Shown here piece by piece: positions 21,346 to 32,290 of a stretch of DNA of 64,000 nucleotides. The stretch is from Verrucomicrobiales bacterium (GTDB lineage Bacteria > Verrucomicrobiota > Verrucomicrobiia > Verrucomicrobiales > V1-33). The notes under the pieces were generated by a model that saw only the letters and a program-made list of their open reading frames with translations, was not told the origin of the DNA and did no database searches. The position numbers and the translations under genes are program-made. The stretch is from the NCBI GenBank assembly GCA_031411295.1, contig JANOAV010000077.1, positions 15,295 to 79,294 on the forward strand, written 5' to 3'. How positions within the stretch are numbered: the first letter of the stretch is position 1; every line of letters begins with the position of its first letter.

Positions 21346-21897
21346 ATGAAAACAATCTCATCTTCCTCCACCCGCGGTTTCAGCTTGATCGAAGTAATCG
21401 TCGCCATGGGAATCGTGGCCACCGTTATGGTGGGGCTTATCGGTATTCTGCCCAGTGGAGTTGCCAGTCTTCACGAAGCTTCAACCGTGGCCATCCAGTC
21501 ACGCATCGTGCAGGAAATGATCAGTGATGCCCAGCAATCCGAATGGGACACGAAGACCGTCGTTGCCAATGGAGTCCCGAAACCCAAGCTTTCCGAACTT
21601 TTGGGAATCACGAATATGCGCCGCTACGATGCCCAGGGTAATCTCATTACCGGGGCTGGGGTGCCTGGACAAGTGTCCGCCTACTCCAGTCTCATGGAGA
21701 TGGATAACGCGAATTCCTCCCACCCGGTGATCCTAACCTACACCAGAGGGTATTCTCACCTCCGTAAGATCTATATCTATGTGGAATACACCCCGGGTGG
21801 CCGCACCGCCTCCCCCAAGGATCCGAACCGGGCTAAGTTCGTGAAGAAATACACCCTCCTCCTCGCCAACATGGGAACCAGCGAATCCCTGCAGTAA
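21346..21897 (+). CDS. vccB: Verru_Chthon cassette protein B (prepilin-type N-terminus)
   Basis: GFSLIEVIVAMGI, GILPSG, SRIVQ, YDAQG. Confidence 0.85.
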   Translation: MKTISSSSTRGFSLIEVIVAMGIVATVMVGLIGILPSGVASLHEASTVAIQSRIVQEMISDAQQSEWDTKTVVANGVPKPKLSELLGITNMRRYDAQGNLITGAGVPGQVSAYSSLMEMDNANSSHPVILTYTRGYSHLRKIYIYVEYTPGGRTASPKDPNRAKFVKKYTLLLANMGTSESLQ

Positions 21898-21921
21898 CCT
21901 CATTTCAAGCCCCGCATTCTC

Positions 21922-23124
21922 ATGAAAGCCTCCTCTTTTAACCGCCGAAAATTCACTGGCTTCAGCCTCATCGAGCTGCTCGTCTCAGTGGCCGTGCTTA
22001 GCCTCGTCATGGTTCTGGTGTTCCAAATGTTGGAGAAGACCCAGATCACTTTTAAGAAAGCCCGGGACTCCGTTTCCGAATACAAAGACGCCCGGAACGG
22101 GTTCGACGCCATCACCCGCCGCCTCAGCCAAGCCACGCTCAACACTTTTTGGCAAGTCACCAACAACACCTCCGGGGTGGCCACCAAATTTGAACGCGAA
22201 TCGGACCTGCACTTCGTTTCCGGACCCACCGCCGCAGTCATGGGCCCCCCGCCAGCCAATGCTGGGGAGCGGGTGACGCAGTGTATGTTCTTCCAAGCCC
22301 CCACCGGCTACACCGAGACCATTTCCACCAACTCCAATACCGCCAACACCCTGAAGTATGGTAACTTCTCCAACCTGCTCAACGCTTGGGGTTATTTTGT
22401 CGAATTTGGAGACGACCGGGTGGATCGCCCGGCCTACTTGAACGCGCTGGACAATGCCCCCAGGCCCCGCGTGCGCTATCGCCTGATGGAATACTCCCAA
22501 GTCACCGAAGGCTTGCAGATTTATGCCGACCAACTGCGCTCCAAGAAGACTGGCCAATCCCCGGCGGTGCTCAATCGTTGGTTCTTGAACGAGTCGAAGT
22601 ATGGGGTCAACAGCCCGAATAATTATCAGGTGGTCAACTCCGACCAGGAGGCCACCGGACTGATCCGCTCGACCCGCATGATTGCGGAAAACATCATCGC
22701 CCTGTTGGTGCTTCCGGCAGATTCGCTGGCGGAGGAATATCGGGATAAATTGGCCCCCAATTACTACTATGACACCCGGGCTTGGCAGAGTTCCAACAGC
22801 GGCATGGCCGGTGGGGCCGTGAACCTCCAAAAGACCCGCCATGTGCTGCCTCCAATTGTCGATGTCACCATGGTAGCCGTGGATGAAGCAGATTTCCGCC
22901 GCGTAGCGCAGATCAACGGCATTGAATCCATCAGTGGTTTTGGAGCCGTGGACTTCACCAAAGGCCTTTTCGCCAATGCCAGCAACTATGATCGAGATCT
23001 TAACACCCTGCGCAAGAATCTTTCCGAGCGCACCCCGGAAATCAAATTCCGTATCTTCCGTGCCAGCGTCCGTCTCCGGGAAGCCAAGTGGGGCGGCTTT
23101 GTTGATGCCAACGCTTCCAACTAA
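21922..23124 (+). CDS. vccC: Verru_Chthon cassette protein C
   Basis: GFSLIELLVS, RRLSQATLNTFW, RESDLHFVSG, FFQAP.G, LNAWGYFVEFG, RYRLME, LPPIVDVTMVAVDE, EAKW. Confidence 0.93.
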   Translation: MKASSFNRRKFTGFSLIELLVSVAVLSLVMVLVFQMLEKTQITFKKARDSVSEYKDARNGFDAITRRLSQATLNTFWQVTNNTSGVATKFERESDLHFVSGPTAAVMGPPPANAGERVTQCMFFQAPTGYTETISTNSNTANTLKYGNFSNLLNAWGYFVEFGDDRVDRPAYLNALDNAPRPRVRYRLMEYSQVTEGLQIYADQLRSKKTGQSPAVLNRWFLNESKYGVNSPNNYQVVNSDQEATGLIRSTRMIAENIIALLVLPADSLAEEYRDKLAPNYYYDTRAWQSSNSGMAGGAVNLQKTRHVLPPIVDVTMVAVDEADFRRVAQINGIESISGFGAVDFTKGLFANASNYDRDLNTLRKNLSERTPEIKFRIFRASVRLREAKWGGFVDANASN

Positions 23125-23145
23125 ACGAGTTCCAATTACCTATCT

Positions 23146-23823
23146 ATGAAACTTTACCTTAATCCTCGAACGCTGCGCCACCGCGGTTTCAGCTTGATTG
23201 AACTGCTCGTCGTCATCAGCGTGATCTCCCTTTTGATGGTGCTGTCAGCCCCCAGTATGTCAGCGGCCTTCAAAGGTTCCAAGTTGACCCAGGGCGGGGA
23301 AGCCTTGCGCAATTTGATCACCCAAGCCCGCCAAATGGCAGTAAAGAACAACGCCCCGGTCGAAGTTCGTATCTTTAAATACGACGACGTCGAAACCCCA
23401 GAGACCACCATGCACTACATGGCTGCCCGGTTGTATCTGATGAAGCTCGATCTGTCCACCAATTCGGATCCGTTGACGTCAAAGCTGAAAGAGGAACCAA
23501 CGGGAAACTTGCTTAAACTCCCTGCCGGGATCATTATCAGCGATGATGTGGCCCAATCCAGCTTGGTCAACCCCTCCCGTGTGCTCAAAGGACAGGCCAC
23601 TGTTAAAGGCTTGGACCCGGATGTGAAGGAGACTTCCGCTGATTATGTGGGATTTCAAATCCGCCCGGATGGTTCTCTCAACCTTGCCACCAATCAACGC
23701 TGGTTCCTGACGCTTTACAATCGTGAGGAGATCATCAAAGGGCAGCAAACCACTCCCTCGGACTACGTTTGCCTCCAGGTGAACCCTTACACCTGCGATG
23801 TCCGTTGGTATCATCCCAACTAA
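23146..23823 (+). CDS. vccD: Verru_Chthon cassette protein D
   Basis: GFSLIELLVVI, ARQMA..NAPVEVRIF, FQIRPDGS, LQVNPYT. Confidence 0.9.
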   Translation: MKLYLNPRTLRHRGFSLIELLVVISVISLLMVLSAPSMSAAFKGSKLTQGGEALRNLITQARQMAVKNNAPVEVRIFKYDDVETPETTMHYMAARLYLMKLDLSTNSDPLTSKLKEEPTGNLLKLPAGIIISDDVAQSSLVNPSRVLKGQATVKGLDPDVKETSADYVGFQIRPDGSLNLATNQRWFLTLYNREEIIKGQQTTPSDYVCLQVNPYTCDVRWYHPN

Positions 23824-23900
23824 GTTCAGCTCGGCTAATTGCCTCCTTGCGTAACGCTGCGGCCTTGGCAAGCATGGGTTCCTTTTCTTTGCTTTGACCC

Positions 23901-24218
23901 ATGCCCATACTCTACTGCCGCTGTGCCTACGCACAAGTAATCCCCGATGAAACCAAGGACGCAGTCCTCTCCCAGCTCTGCGCCGGAGGTCAGCAATTTA
24001 CTGCCGTGGCCGACCTGTGTGAAATGTCCGCCCGCCGGGATCCTCGGCTGGCAGAATTGGCTAGTGCCTCCGGTTGGAAGATCGCGGCATGTCACCCGCG
24101 GGCGGTAAAGTGGCTTTTCCATGCCGCCGATGCCCCCTTATCGGAAGATGCGGAAATCGTCAACCTGCGCGAACTCTCTGCTGCCGAAGCGATGGCCAAA
24201 CTAACCTCTGAAAGCTAA
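23901..24218 (+). CDS. Small Cys-rich protein resembling the HdrA N-terminal Fe-S module
   Basis: ILYCRC, DLCEMSA, IAACHPRAVKWLF, IVNLRE. Confidence 0.65.
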   Translation: MPILYCRCAYAQVIPDETKDAVLSQLCAGGQQFTAVADLCEMSARRDPRLAELASASGWKIAACHPRAVKWLFHAADAPLSEDAEIVNLRELSAAEAMAKLTSES

Positions 24219-25055
24219 ATGATTCACGACGCCACCACCTTTCAAGTCCTGCTCTATGAAGGCCCGGGAGCCCAGTTGCTCCCCGCCGAGCGCAAAGCCG
24301 CACTCTGCCGGGCGCTCCTGGATCAAGGCTATGGCATCGCCACCATGGGAGCCAACGCCCTTCTGGCTGAAGGCGTTACGTTAGTCATCCTGGGTGATTT
24401 CGGCGGCCAACCCGCCCCTGCCTTTGGCGGCCTGCCAGCCCAGCGCGACATTCCGCATTTGGATCTGGCCCAAACCAGTCCCGACAACATGCTCAGTGCC
24501 TTGGAACGCCTGCGGGGAGACCGCCCCATGAACCAGCCGGGACAGTGGAAACCTTGGTTTCCGGTGATTGACTACAGCCGCTGCACCAACTGCATGCAAT
24601 GTCTGAGCTTCTGCCTGTTCGACGTCTATGGCGTCAGCAAAGAGGGCAAGATCCAGGTGCAAAATAACGACAATTGTAAAACGAACTGCCCGGCCTGTTC
24701 CCGGGTCTGCCCAGAAGTGGCGATCATGTTTCCCAAGTATGCCAGCGGCCCCATCAATGGCGAGCCAGTGAATGCCGCCGATCTGCAACGGGAGTCGATG
24801 AAAGTGGATATTTCCGCCCTGCTCGGAGGAGACATTTATGCGCGCCTGCGCGAACGCAGCGATGCCGCGAAATCCCGTTTCTCCAAGGAGCGGGACGCCA
24901 GCAAAGCCCTCGCAGAGCGCAAAAAGTGTCTCACCAAATTAGTCACGGACGGCTTCATCCCTGCCGATGTCCTTGCCAGTCTGCCTTCACCCGAAGAAAT
25001 TTCCCGCCGGGCCGAAGCCGCCGCCGCCAAAGCCCAGGCCGCCCTGAACTCTTAG
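24219..25055 (+). CDS. 4Fe-4S dicluster ferredoxin-domain protein
   Basis: WFPVIDYSRCTNCMQCLSFC and CKTNCPACSRVCP. Confidence 0.88.
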   Translation: MIHDATTFQVLLYEGPGAQLLPAERKAALCRALLDQGYGIATMGANALLAEGVTLVILGDFGGQPAPAFGGLPAQRDIPHLDLAQTSPDNMLSALERLRGDRPMNQPGQWKPWFPVIDYSRCTNCMQCLSFCLFDVYGVSKEGKIQVQNNDNCKTNCPACSRVCPEVAIMFPKYASGPINGEPVNAADLQRESMKVDISALLGGDIYARLRERSDAAKSRFSKERDASKALAERKKCLTKLVTDGFIPADVLASLPSPEEISRRAEAAAAKAQAALNS

Positions 25056-25056
25056 T

Positions 25057-28054
25057 TTATTTGAAGACCTTCGACTGGGCATCGCCACCGCTCATGAGGT
25101 AAGCCAGCAGGTCCAGCACTTCTTCCGGATTCAGGTTATTCAACAACGCGGGCGGCATCGCGGAAATGGGGTAGCGACTCCGCTCCTTCACCGTATCACT
25201 AGGCACGATGGTTACTTTACTGGCGTCGAGCGGATTTTCCACCACGCCGAGTTTGCCACCCTCATCCGAGACGATGCGTCCGACCAGAATGCTGCCGTCA
25301 TTGCGTTCCACCAAGCTCGACTCGTATTGGTCGGAAATGGTCTTGCTGGGATCGACAATGTTTTCCACCAGATCCTTGAGCGAATAGCGATTGGCCGCCC
25401 CGGTAATATCCGGGCCCACGCCGCCGCCTTCGCCTGCGAATTGGTGACAGGTGGAGCACAAGCCGACCTGGTAGAGCAATTTGCCATTTTCGAAATTTCG
25501 GCCATGTAATTTGCCGTCGGCCAGTTTCAAGACGTCTTCCAACGAGTAAGGTTGCCCTGGGCCTTTGGCACGGGGCAAGTCCTTGGTGGTGGCCAGCAGC
25601 TCTCCGTTGATGCTCTTCATTTCATCGCGCAGGGCCTCGGGGACATTGACCAGGGCTTCGTTGCGCATGTTGCGGATGAAGCCAGTAAAGCTGTTGCCAC
25701 CCTTCCATTTCTTGGTGCTGTTATACCACCGGAAGTAGGAACGACGCAGGTCATCCGTCCAGCCTTCCGTGGCATTGCGCAGGGCGAAGGCGTAAGAAAT
25801 TTGCTGGCGGTTAGGACGGCTGTCGGAGACGGCTTTAAAGGCGGAAGCGTATCCACTGTTCAGCGAGAGCAGGTCATCCGTGGCGGAGTCCGCATGCACG
25901 TCATCCTTGGCGTTCATGATCAGTTGCAGGGTTTTAGGAACCACTTGCTTGGAGCCGAGGAAGACGAGGAGTTCACACAATTCCTTGTTTGGAGCATTCG
26001 ATGGAGAGGGATACATCGGCTCGAAGCGGACCAGCATTTTACTGACCAGCTCCTGATCAGCGGGCTTGCCCATGCGGGTGAAACAGAGGGCATAGACGCG
26101 GAACAGATCCAGCGCTTCCGGCTCCCGCAGGCCCAGATCATGCACGCGACCCAGCGCCTTGAGGATTTGGGGCTGGAGGGATTTATCCCCGCATCGGCAA
26201 AGGGCACAGAGTGCGGTTAGGCTGGCGTTGGGATTTTCGTGCTCTTCCAGCGCGCGTTGCTGCCACGTGGCCACTGGTTGATGTTCGATCACGGTGCGGG
26301 CACTGAAGCGGAGGAAACGATCGTTATGCCCCAGCACCGCCCAGGCTTTATCCAGCACTTCTTTGCTGGGGGGGAGCCAGGATCAGCGCTTCCAACTCGT
26401 GGCGTAATTTCGCTTCTTTGGTCATCGTGGCAGGTCCCACTGGAGCCGTGGACTCAGGCCCGGTGTAGGTGACACGGAACAACGCAGATTGGGTCTTGCG
26501 GCCGCCGACCGTAAAATACATCGCGCCATCGGGATGAATCACCGCATCTGTGAGCGGCAGCGGTTTGCCCGTGATGAACGATTCCTTTTCCCCGTCGAAG
26601 CTGGCTCCGTTTGGGGTTAGATGAATGGCATACATGGTGCCGTAGGTCCAATCCAGCGCAAAACAGGCGCGTTGATATTTGGCAGGAAATTTTGCTCCGG
26701 TGCCAAAGACCACCCCCGTGGGACTGCCGGGACCAATATTGACGGCTGCGGGCAGACTGTCGATATAGTAAGCGGGCCACTTGCCAGTGCCGGAACGCCA
26801 ACCGGATTCATTGCCTGCAATGGCATGGTTGATGCGGGTGGGGCGATACCACGGCATGCCGATGTCCCATTCCATGTCGGCATCATACGTGAAGGCCTCG
26901 CCCGTCGGGCTGAAAGCCACGTCATACTCGTTGCGGAAGCCAGCGGCAAAAAGCGTCCACGTCTTGCCCTCGAAGTCGGTTTGGCAAATCCAACCACCTG
27001 GGGCCAGGATTCCTTTGGCATGGCCGTTGGCGTCCCAATCCCGCGGCAGGAGGTGATCTTCACCATACATGGGAGACACCAGACTCCGTTCTGGATTGGG
27101 GATCTTGGTGTGATTGCCTCCCGTCACGTAGAGGGATTTACCATCGGGTGCCAGCACCACTTGGTGCGGCCCGTGTTCACCTCCACCGTCGATTTTTCGG
27201 AGCAACGTTTCCTCGTCGAACTGGTCATCACCATTGGTATCGCGCAGGCGATAGAGCCCCGGGTTCGGGCCATTAACCACGACATAAAGCGCGTTGTTGG
27301 CGTAGAGCAGGCCTTGCGCGTGGGTGAGTTTGACCGCTAACTCTTCGACTTTTGGCTCGGACTTGGTCAGCGTGATGCGATAGATTTTTCCATCCTGATC
27401 CCCCGCCAGGAAGCGTCCCTTGTGATCCACGGCCAAGCAGACCCAGGAGCCTTGATTGCTCTTGGGCACGGTGTAAATGAGATCTACTTTGAATCCGGCC
27501 GGAGCCGTGATGGTATCTTCGGCCAAGCCCCCTTTTTTGCCTCCGTCCAAAGCTTGCCCCCACGGCCCGGAACCGTATTTGCCCATGGAAGCAACAGGTT
27601 GCCAACTGGTCGTGTCCGTATTGGGCTGATCCCAGCCTTGACCCGTCGGGGAGAATTTCCACTGCCCATTGGTAACCAGCACCGGCGGGGCTTTGGGCGC
27701 TCCGATATCCATCACGAAGGCCGCGATGTTGCCAGCATCATTGGTCGCCTTCACGGCCACCCAGTTCTTGCCCGCTTGGAGAAATCCCTTGTCCGCAGCG
27801 ACCACGGGCTCATTCCAATCGTTGGTTTCACCAACCGGCTTGCCATTAATCACCACGGTGGCTCCATTATCGCAAGTAAAGCGGATCTGGGCCTTCTCCG
27901 GCACCTGCGCCAACGTGAATTCGGTTCGGAAATAGGTCACTTCATTCGCTTTGGCGACTTTGTGGGACCAGATCCATTCTTTGGCAGCAGGATCTTGCGC
28001 CCAGCCGAGCGAGGACAGACAGGTAATGGCGATTAGGAAAATAGAGCATCTCAT
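25057..28054 (-). pseudogene. PVC-type heme-binding (CxxCH) membrane dehydrogenase-like protein, split by a frameshift in a C7 run near 26368-26374
   Basis: N part: signal, glycoside-binding-like domain, QGSWV, GEHGPH, GFRNEYD, TYDADMEWD. C part: HEAT repeats, CSTCH, GPDIT, SAMP. Removing one C fuses the two ORFs. Confidence 0.85.
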
Positions 28055-28148
28055 GGCCGCCCATCCTACGGAGCATCGGTGGCTCGTCACGCAGAAATCC
28101 TACGGATTAACGGGGCCATACCGCTGCGTTAAAGTAAAATCGACAGCG

Positions 28149-28177
28149 TTGACAGGCCTAGGATTTCTCCCTATGCT
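28149..28177 (+). promoter_or_regulatory. Sigma70-type promoter
   Basis: TTGACA-N17-TATGCT upstream of 28245. Confidence 0.7.
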
Positions 28178-28244
28178 GCGGAAATAATTATTTTCGGGAT
28201 TTCTGCGTTTCGCGTGGTCATACCTGCAACTCCCAATTTTATCA

Positions 28245-29345
28245 ATGGAACCCACACCTGCAAAAGCATCGGCTGGGGCAACGTTTTACGTTGCCTGTGG
28301 CGTGCTTGCGGCCGTGGCCTTGGGACAGTTGGGGGTGGCGGCTTGGGGATGGCAGGCTCGGAAACTGGCGAGGGAGAATCCCGTGCCCGTGAAATTGGTG
28401 CCGGCAGTGCAAACCATGCCCAAACCAATCGTGGCCGCCGTTCCTGCGGCGGAAATTCCCGCCGCACCCACCAAAGCCCTGCCCTCCGCCCCGCCGATCC
28501 GGATCGTGGACCCCAAGCCCAAATCCTTGCCGGCCACGTTGGACACGCCGATCACGGATGCCGCGGTTTTGGAGAATCTTGCCATCGGGTTGGAAACGCG
28601 TGGCAAAGGTGACATGCAAAGCGCGCTCCAAGCCTTCCGGGCTGCTTGGCAAGCCCAGCCAGACCATCCCAAACTCATTTACCAACTCGCCCGCACCCTT
28701 GACCTGATGGGCCTGGAGGCCAAGGCCCAGCCGCATTGGAATACCTTGGTAACGCTGGGGCATGCCGCCGGGGACTATTTCGACTTGGCGGAAATTCGCA
28801 TCAAGGGCAAAGGCAGAGTCAGCGCCAGCCCGGCCGAACTTGAAGAGCGGGAGGAGCGCCTGCGCATCGTCGATATCAAGGTGGAAAAGCCACCGGGTTT
28901 CTACGGAGGCGAAAAGCGCCTCGTTAGCTTCACGATCAAGAAGCGCGATCCCGCTGATAAGATCGACAGCGCAGACATTGGCTTGGGTATCCACTTTTTC
29001 GATGTGGTTAACGGGCGGAAAATTGATCGGACCACAGCCAATAAACCGACCCCCACCATCATCTCCACCACTGCGGACTGGGAGGAACGTGGCTTGGAAC
29101 GATTGGAAGTGCTCTACGATCAACCGGAAATGACCCCGGTGGACATCGTGCATTACGGACAGCGCAAATATTGGGGCTATGCCCTGGAGATCTCCCTGCG
29201 CGATCCCGCCAAACCCAATGTTCCGGACAGCCTCCAAGATTTACAGGCCGATCCCCCCGAACTCGCGAATTTTGTGCGAGAGATGCCAGAAGTTCCGCCC
29301 GTAGTGATCGATAACGCGCCAGATCCCTCGCTTTTTCCGAAATAG
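28245..29345 (+). CDS. Membrane-anchored protein with Pro-rich linker and TPR-like helices
   Basis: N-terminal TM; GDMQSALQAFRAA...PDHPKLIYQLA...AQPHW. Confidence 0.75.
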   Translation: MEPTPAKASAGATFYVACGVLAAVALGQLGVAAWGWQARKLARENPVPVKLVPAVQTMPKPIVAAVPAAEIPAAPTKALPSAPPIRIVDPKPKSLPATLDTPITDAAVLENLAIGLETRGKGDMQSALQAFRAAWQAQPDHPKLIYQLARTLDLMGLEAKAQPHWNTLVTLGHAAGDYFDLAEIRIKGKGRVSASPAELEEREERLRIVDIKVEKPPGFYGGEKRLVSFTIKKRDPADKIDSADIGLGIHFFDVVNGRKIDRTTANKPTPTIISTTADWEERGLERLEVLYDQPEMTPVDIVHYGQRKYWGYALEISLRDPAKPNVPDSLQDLQADPPELANFVREMPEVPPVVIDNAPDPSLFPK

Positions 29346-29401
29346 CGTTCCTGCGTCCGCGCCTCCTCTCCCCACCCAAACCCTTCCACTAACCTGATCT
29401 C

Positions 29402-31357
29402 ATGGTTATTCTCATCGCCACTGAAGACGTCCCGACCCTAGATGGGTTGGAGCGCTTCTTGGCGCGGCACACCCACCACACCATCCTCACTGCCAAGTCC
29501 GTCGAAGCGGTTGAAGACGCGGGCACCGAGGCGGAGGCCATGGATGTGCTGCTCTGTGCCCGCCATTTTTCCACCACGGATGGGCAGGCGGTGCAGGAGG
29601 CCATGCAAGCAAAATTTCCCTGCCTCTATGCGGGATTTTTCACCGACCTGGACTTGGATGCATCCCTGCAACTGGGTCCGCACGACCGTTGTTTCGGCCC
29701 CAGCTCCAGCCATTATGAAATCCTCAATTGGATCCACGAACTGGAGAAACTTCCCCCACCAGTGGCCCCGCAAACGCATCCCATCACCCTGCCGGACACC
29801 CTGCTCAATCACACCATCGGGGACTACAAGATCATCGCCAAGCGCAGCACCTTCGAACGTTCCGAAAGTTATCAAGCCCTGCAAATCTCCATGCATCGGC
29901 TCGTCGTGTTGGAACGCCTGAAAGCCGAATACCAACACGATGTGAACGCCAAAAGGACTTTCCGCGCGCTGGTCAGATCCCAAGCCAATGTGGCCCACCC
30001 TTCGATCGCCACAGTGTTCGAAGCCCAGGAAACTGAGGCTGGGGAGATTTTCTATACCCGGGAATTCGTTAAAGGGAAATCCCTGCCTGAACTGGCGGCC
30101 GCCAAAATAAAATTGCCCCAGCGCGATCTCCTGGCGCTGCTCCGGGCCGCAGGTGAAGCCATGGTGTTCTATGCCAACCGGGAAATCCCCCACTACCGAC
30201 TCCGCCCGCAGCACTTATTTCAGGGCGACGACGGTCTGCCCCGGTTGGCCAATTTAGCCACCATCCCGGCCGACGCACGGACGGACAGCTCAGAGGATTT
30301 CATAAACTTGGCCGCAGCCATCGAAGCCATCAGCGGGCGCAGCGCGCAGGAGGGGGAGGTGGCCATGATCCTGAAGCAAATGCGCGGACAGGCAGATCCA
30401 CCATTGCAGACCTGGCCAAAACTGGTGCTGGCCACCACCAACGCCCTGCAGCGTCTGGCCGAAATCAGTGCCGCCCAAGCCCCGAAACGGAGCCGCATGA
30501 CCGGTAAATTACGCCGACCCAAACGCAAAAAATTACCCTATATCATTGGCGGTGGAGCCTGCGCCCTGGCAACCGTGGCCGCCCTGCTTTATCCAGGTCC
30601 CACCCCCGAAATCCGCCCACCAGAAGCGTTCGTGCATATTCCCGCCGGACCGGGATGGTTCGGTTCCACTAACGTGGCGATTAAGGAATTCTGGATTAGC
30701 AAATACGAGGTCACCATCGCGCAATACGCCGAGTTTCTCGCGGCCGCCCCAGCCTTGGACTCCGCCTTGGATCATGCCGAACAGCCCAAGGGCAAAACGA
30801 CCCACAAACCGCTCAACTGGGATGAGTATTTCCCTGCCGCCAAAACTGGCGGCACCTTCAAAGGTCACAAAATCACCCTGAACTGCCCCGTCCTGTGGGC
30901 CGACTGGTGGGACGCCTACGCCTATGCCAAATGGCGCGGACACCGACTCCCTAACGAGCAGGAATGGGAACGCGCGGCCCGCGGCCCCAAGGGCTTCAGC
31001 TATCCCTGGGGAAACGATGCTGCCCCCAGCAAAGCCAATACGGGTGATGACTTCAGCGCCACCCCCGCAGGCGGCGGTCAGACGGATGGATTTTGCTCGT
31101 GGTGCGAAGTGGACGCCAAGCCGGAGGACGTGACCCCCGAGGGCGCGGGCGGCTTGGGCGGGAACGTGGCCGAATGGACCACTTCCTGGTCCCAACATCC
31201 CGACTTCCCAGACCAGCAATCCCCCGTTTACCGGGGCGGCTCTTTCAGTCAGCGCTCAGCCCCCGTGGCTGACCAGCGCTGGACCGCTAAAACTTTGGAC
31301 CTCGCGCAGCCCTTCATCGGCTTCCGCACTGTCAGTGACCACCCAACCTCACCCTAA
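29402..31357 (+). CDS. Receiver-like + degenerate kinase + TM + FGE/SUMF1-domain protein
   Basis: IGDYKI, QANVAHPSIATVFEA (kinase N-lobe; HRD and DFG absent); ISKYEVT, RLPNEQEWERAARG, YPWG, GNVAEW, IGFR. Confidence 0.85.
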   Translation: MVILIATEDVPTLDGLERFLARHTHHTILTAKSVEAVEDAGTEAEAMDVLLCARHFSTTDGQAVQEAMQAKFPCLYAGFFTDLDLDASLQLGPHDRCFGPSSSHYEILNWIHELEKLPPPVAPQTHPITLPDTLLNHTIGDYKIIAKRSTFERSESYQALQISMHRLVVLERLKAEYQHDVNAKRTFRALVRSQANVAHPSIATVFEAQETEAGEIFYTREFVKGKSLPELAAAKIKLPQRDLLALLRAAGEAMVFYANREIPHYRLRPQHLFQGDDGLPRLANLATIPADARTDSSEDFINLAAAIEAISGRSAQEGEVAMILKQMRGQADPPLQTWPKLVLATTNALQRLAEISAAQAPKRSRMTGKLRRPKRKKLPYIIGGGACALATVAALLYPGPTPEIRPPEAFVHIPAGPGWFGSTNVAIKEFWISKYEVTIAQYAEFLAAAPALDSALDHAEQPKGKTTHKPLNWDEYFPAAKTGGTFKGHKITLNCPVLWADWWDAYAYAKWRGHRLPNEQEWERAARGPKGFSYPWGNDAAPSKANTGDDFSATPAGGGQTDGFCSWCEVDAKPEDVTPEGAGGLGGNVAEWTTSWSQHPDFPDQQSPVYRGGSFSQRSAPVADQRWTAKTLDLAQPFIGFRTVSDHPTSP

Positions 31358-31375
31358 CTTAATCCGCCTGTCACC

Positions 31376-32281
31376 ATGAAATCCCTGCTCCTCTTGATTT
31401 TCCTGAGCTGCCTCCAGCCTTTGGTCGCGCAACTCAATCTTACCATCGAAATGGAACGCACCAATTTCGTCTCCCATGAAGCAGTCAATGCCCTCGTCAA
31501 AATTCAGAATCTGGCTGGCAAAGACATCGCCTTGGGAGGTCCTTCTGGTCAAAGCTGGCTGCAATTCAACCTCCAGCGCGCTGATGGTGGAAACGTGCTC
31601 GCCACCGATGGTGACCCCAAAGTAGAACCCACCATGCTCAAAGCCGGGGCCACCATAACCAAAAAAATCAATCTGGCGCGTTTTTACCCCCTGGATGAAC
31701 CCGCCTCCTACTTGGTCAGTTGCACCGCTTACTTTTCGGACCTGCAACGCTGGATCGGTTCCAGCAACAAAGCCTTGGTGCGAGTCAATAGCGCGCGAGC
31801 CCCGTTCTATGAACGGACCGTGGGCGTGCCCGTGACCCATCCCCAAGCAGGGCGTTACCGTCGCTATCGTCTCTTCACCAGCAAATCCACCATGAAGTCG
31901 GCCGCCACCGGGCTGAATCAGGAGGTGCAACTGCTCTACGTCGGTATCACCGATGAAGAAACCGAAGAAAACATCGCCACCTACCCACTCGGTCCGATTT
32001 TAACGTATCGCGACCCGCAACCGACCACGGATCGGGCCGGCAATCTCTCCGTGCTCTATATGGCCAGCCCGCAACTCTATCAATACGTCATGTTGGATGT
32101 GGACGGAGCGGTCAAGGAGCAACAGACCTATAAAACCAGTGGAGCAACTCCAGAACTCGTGCAGTCCAACACCGGAAACGTCCGCGTGCGGGGCGGGGTC
32201 ATTTTCGATGCCATCAACGAAGAGACCAAAGCCAGGGAAGAGAAGAACAAAATCCGCGGTCTCAACGAACGTCCCCAGTGA
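31376..32281 (+). CDS. Secreted hypothetical protein
   Basis: Clear Sec signal (MKSLLLLIFLSCLQPLVA); long ORF tightly spaced in the operon. Confidence 0.8.
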   Translation: MKSLLLLIFLSCLQPLVAQLNLTIEMERTNFVSHEAVNALVKIQNLAGKDIALGGPSGQSWLQFNLQRADGGNVLATDGDPKVEPTMLKAGATITKKINLARFYPLDEPASYLVSCTAYFSDLQRWIGSSNKALVRVNSARAPFYERTVGVPVTHPQAGRYRRYRLFTSKSTMKSAATGLNQEVQLLYVGITDEETEENIATYPLGPILTYRDPQPTTDRAGNLSVLYMASPQLYQYVMLDVDGAVKEQQTYKTSGATPELVQSNTGNVRVRGGVIFDAINEETKAREEKNKIRGLNERPQ

Positions 32282-32290
32282 GCTTGATGG

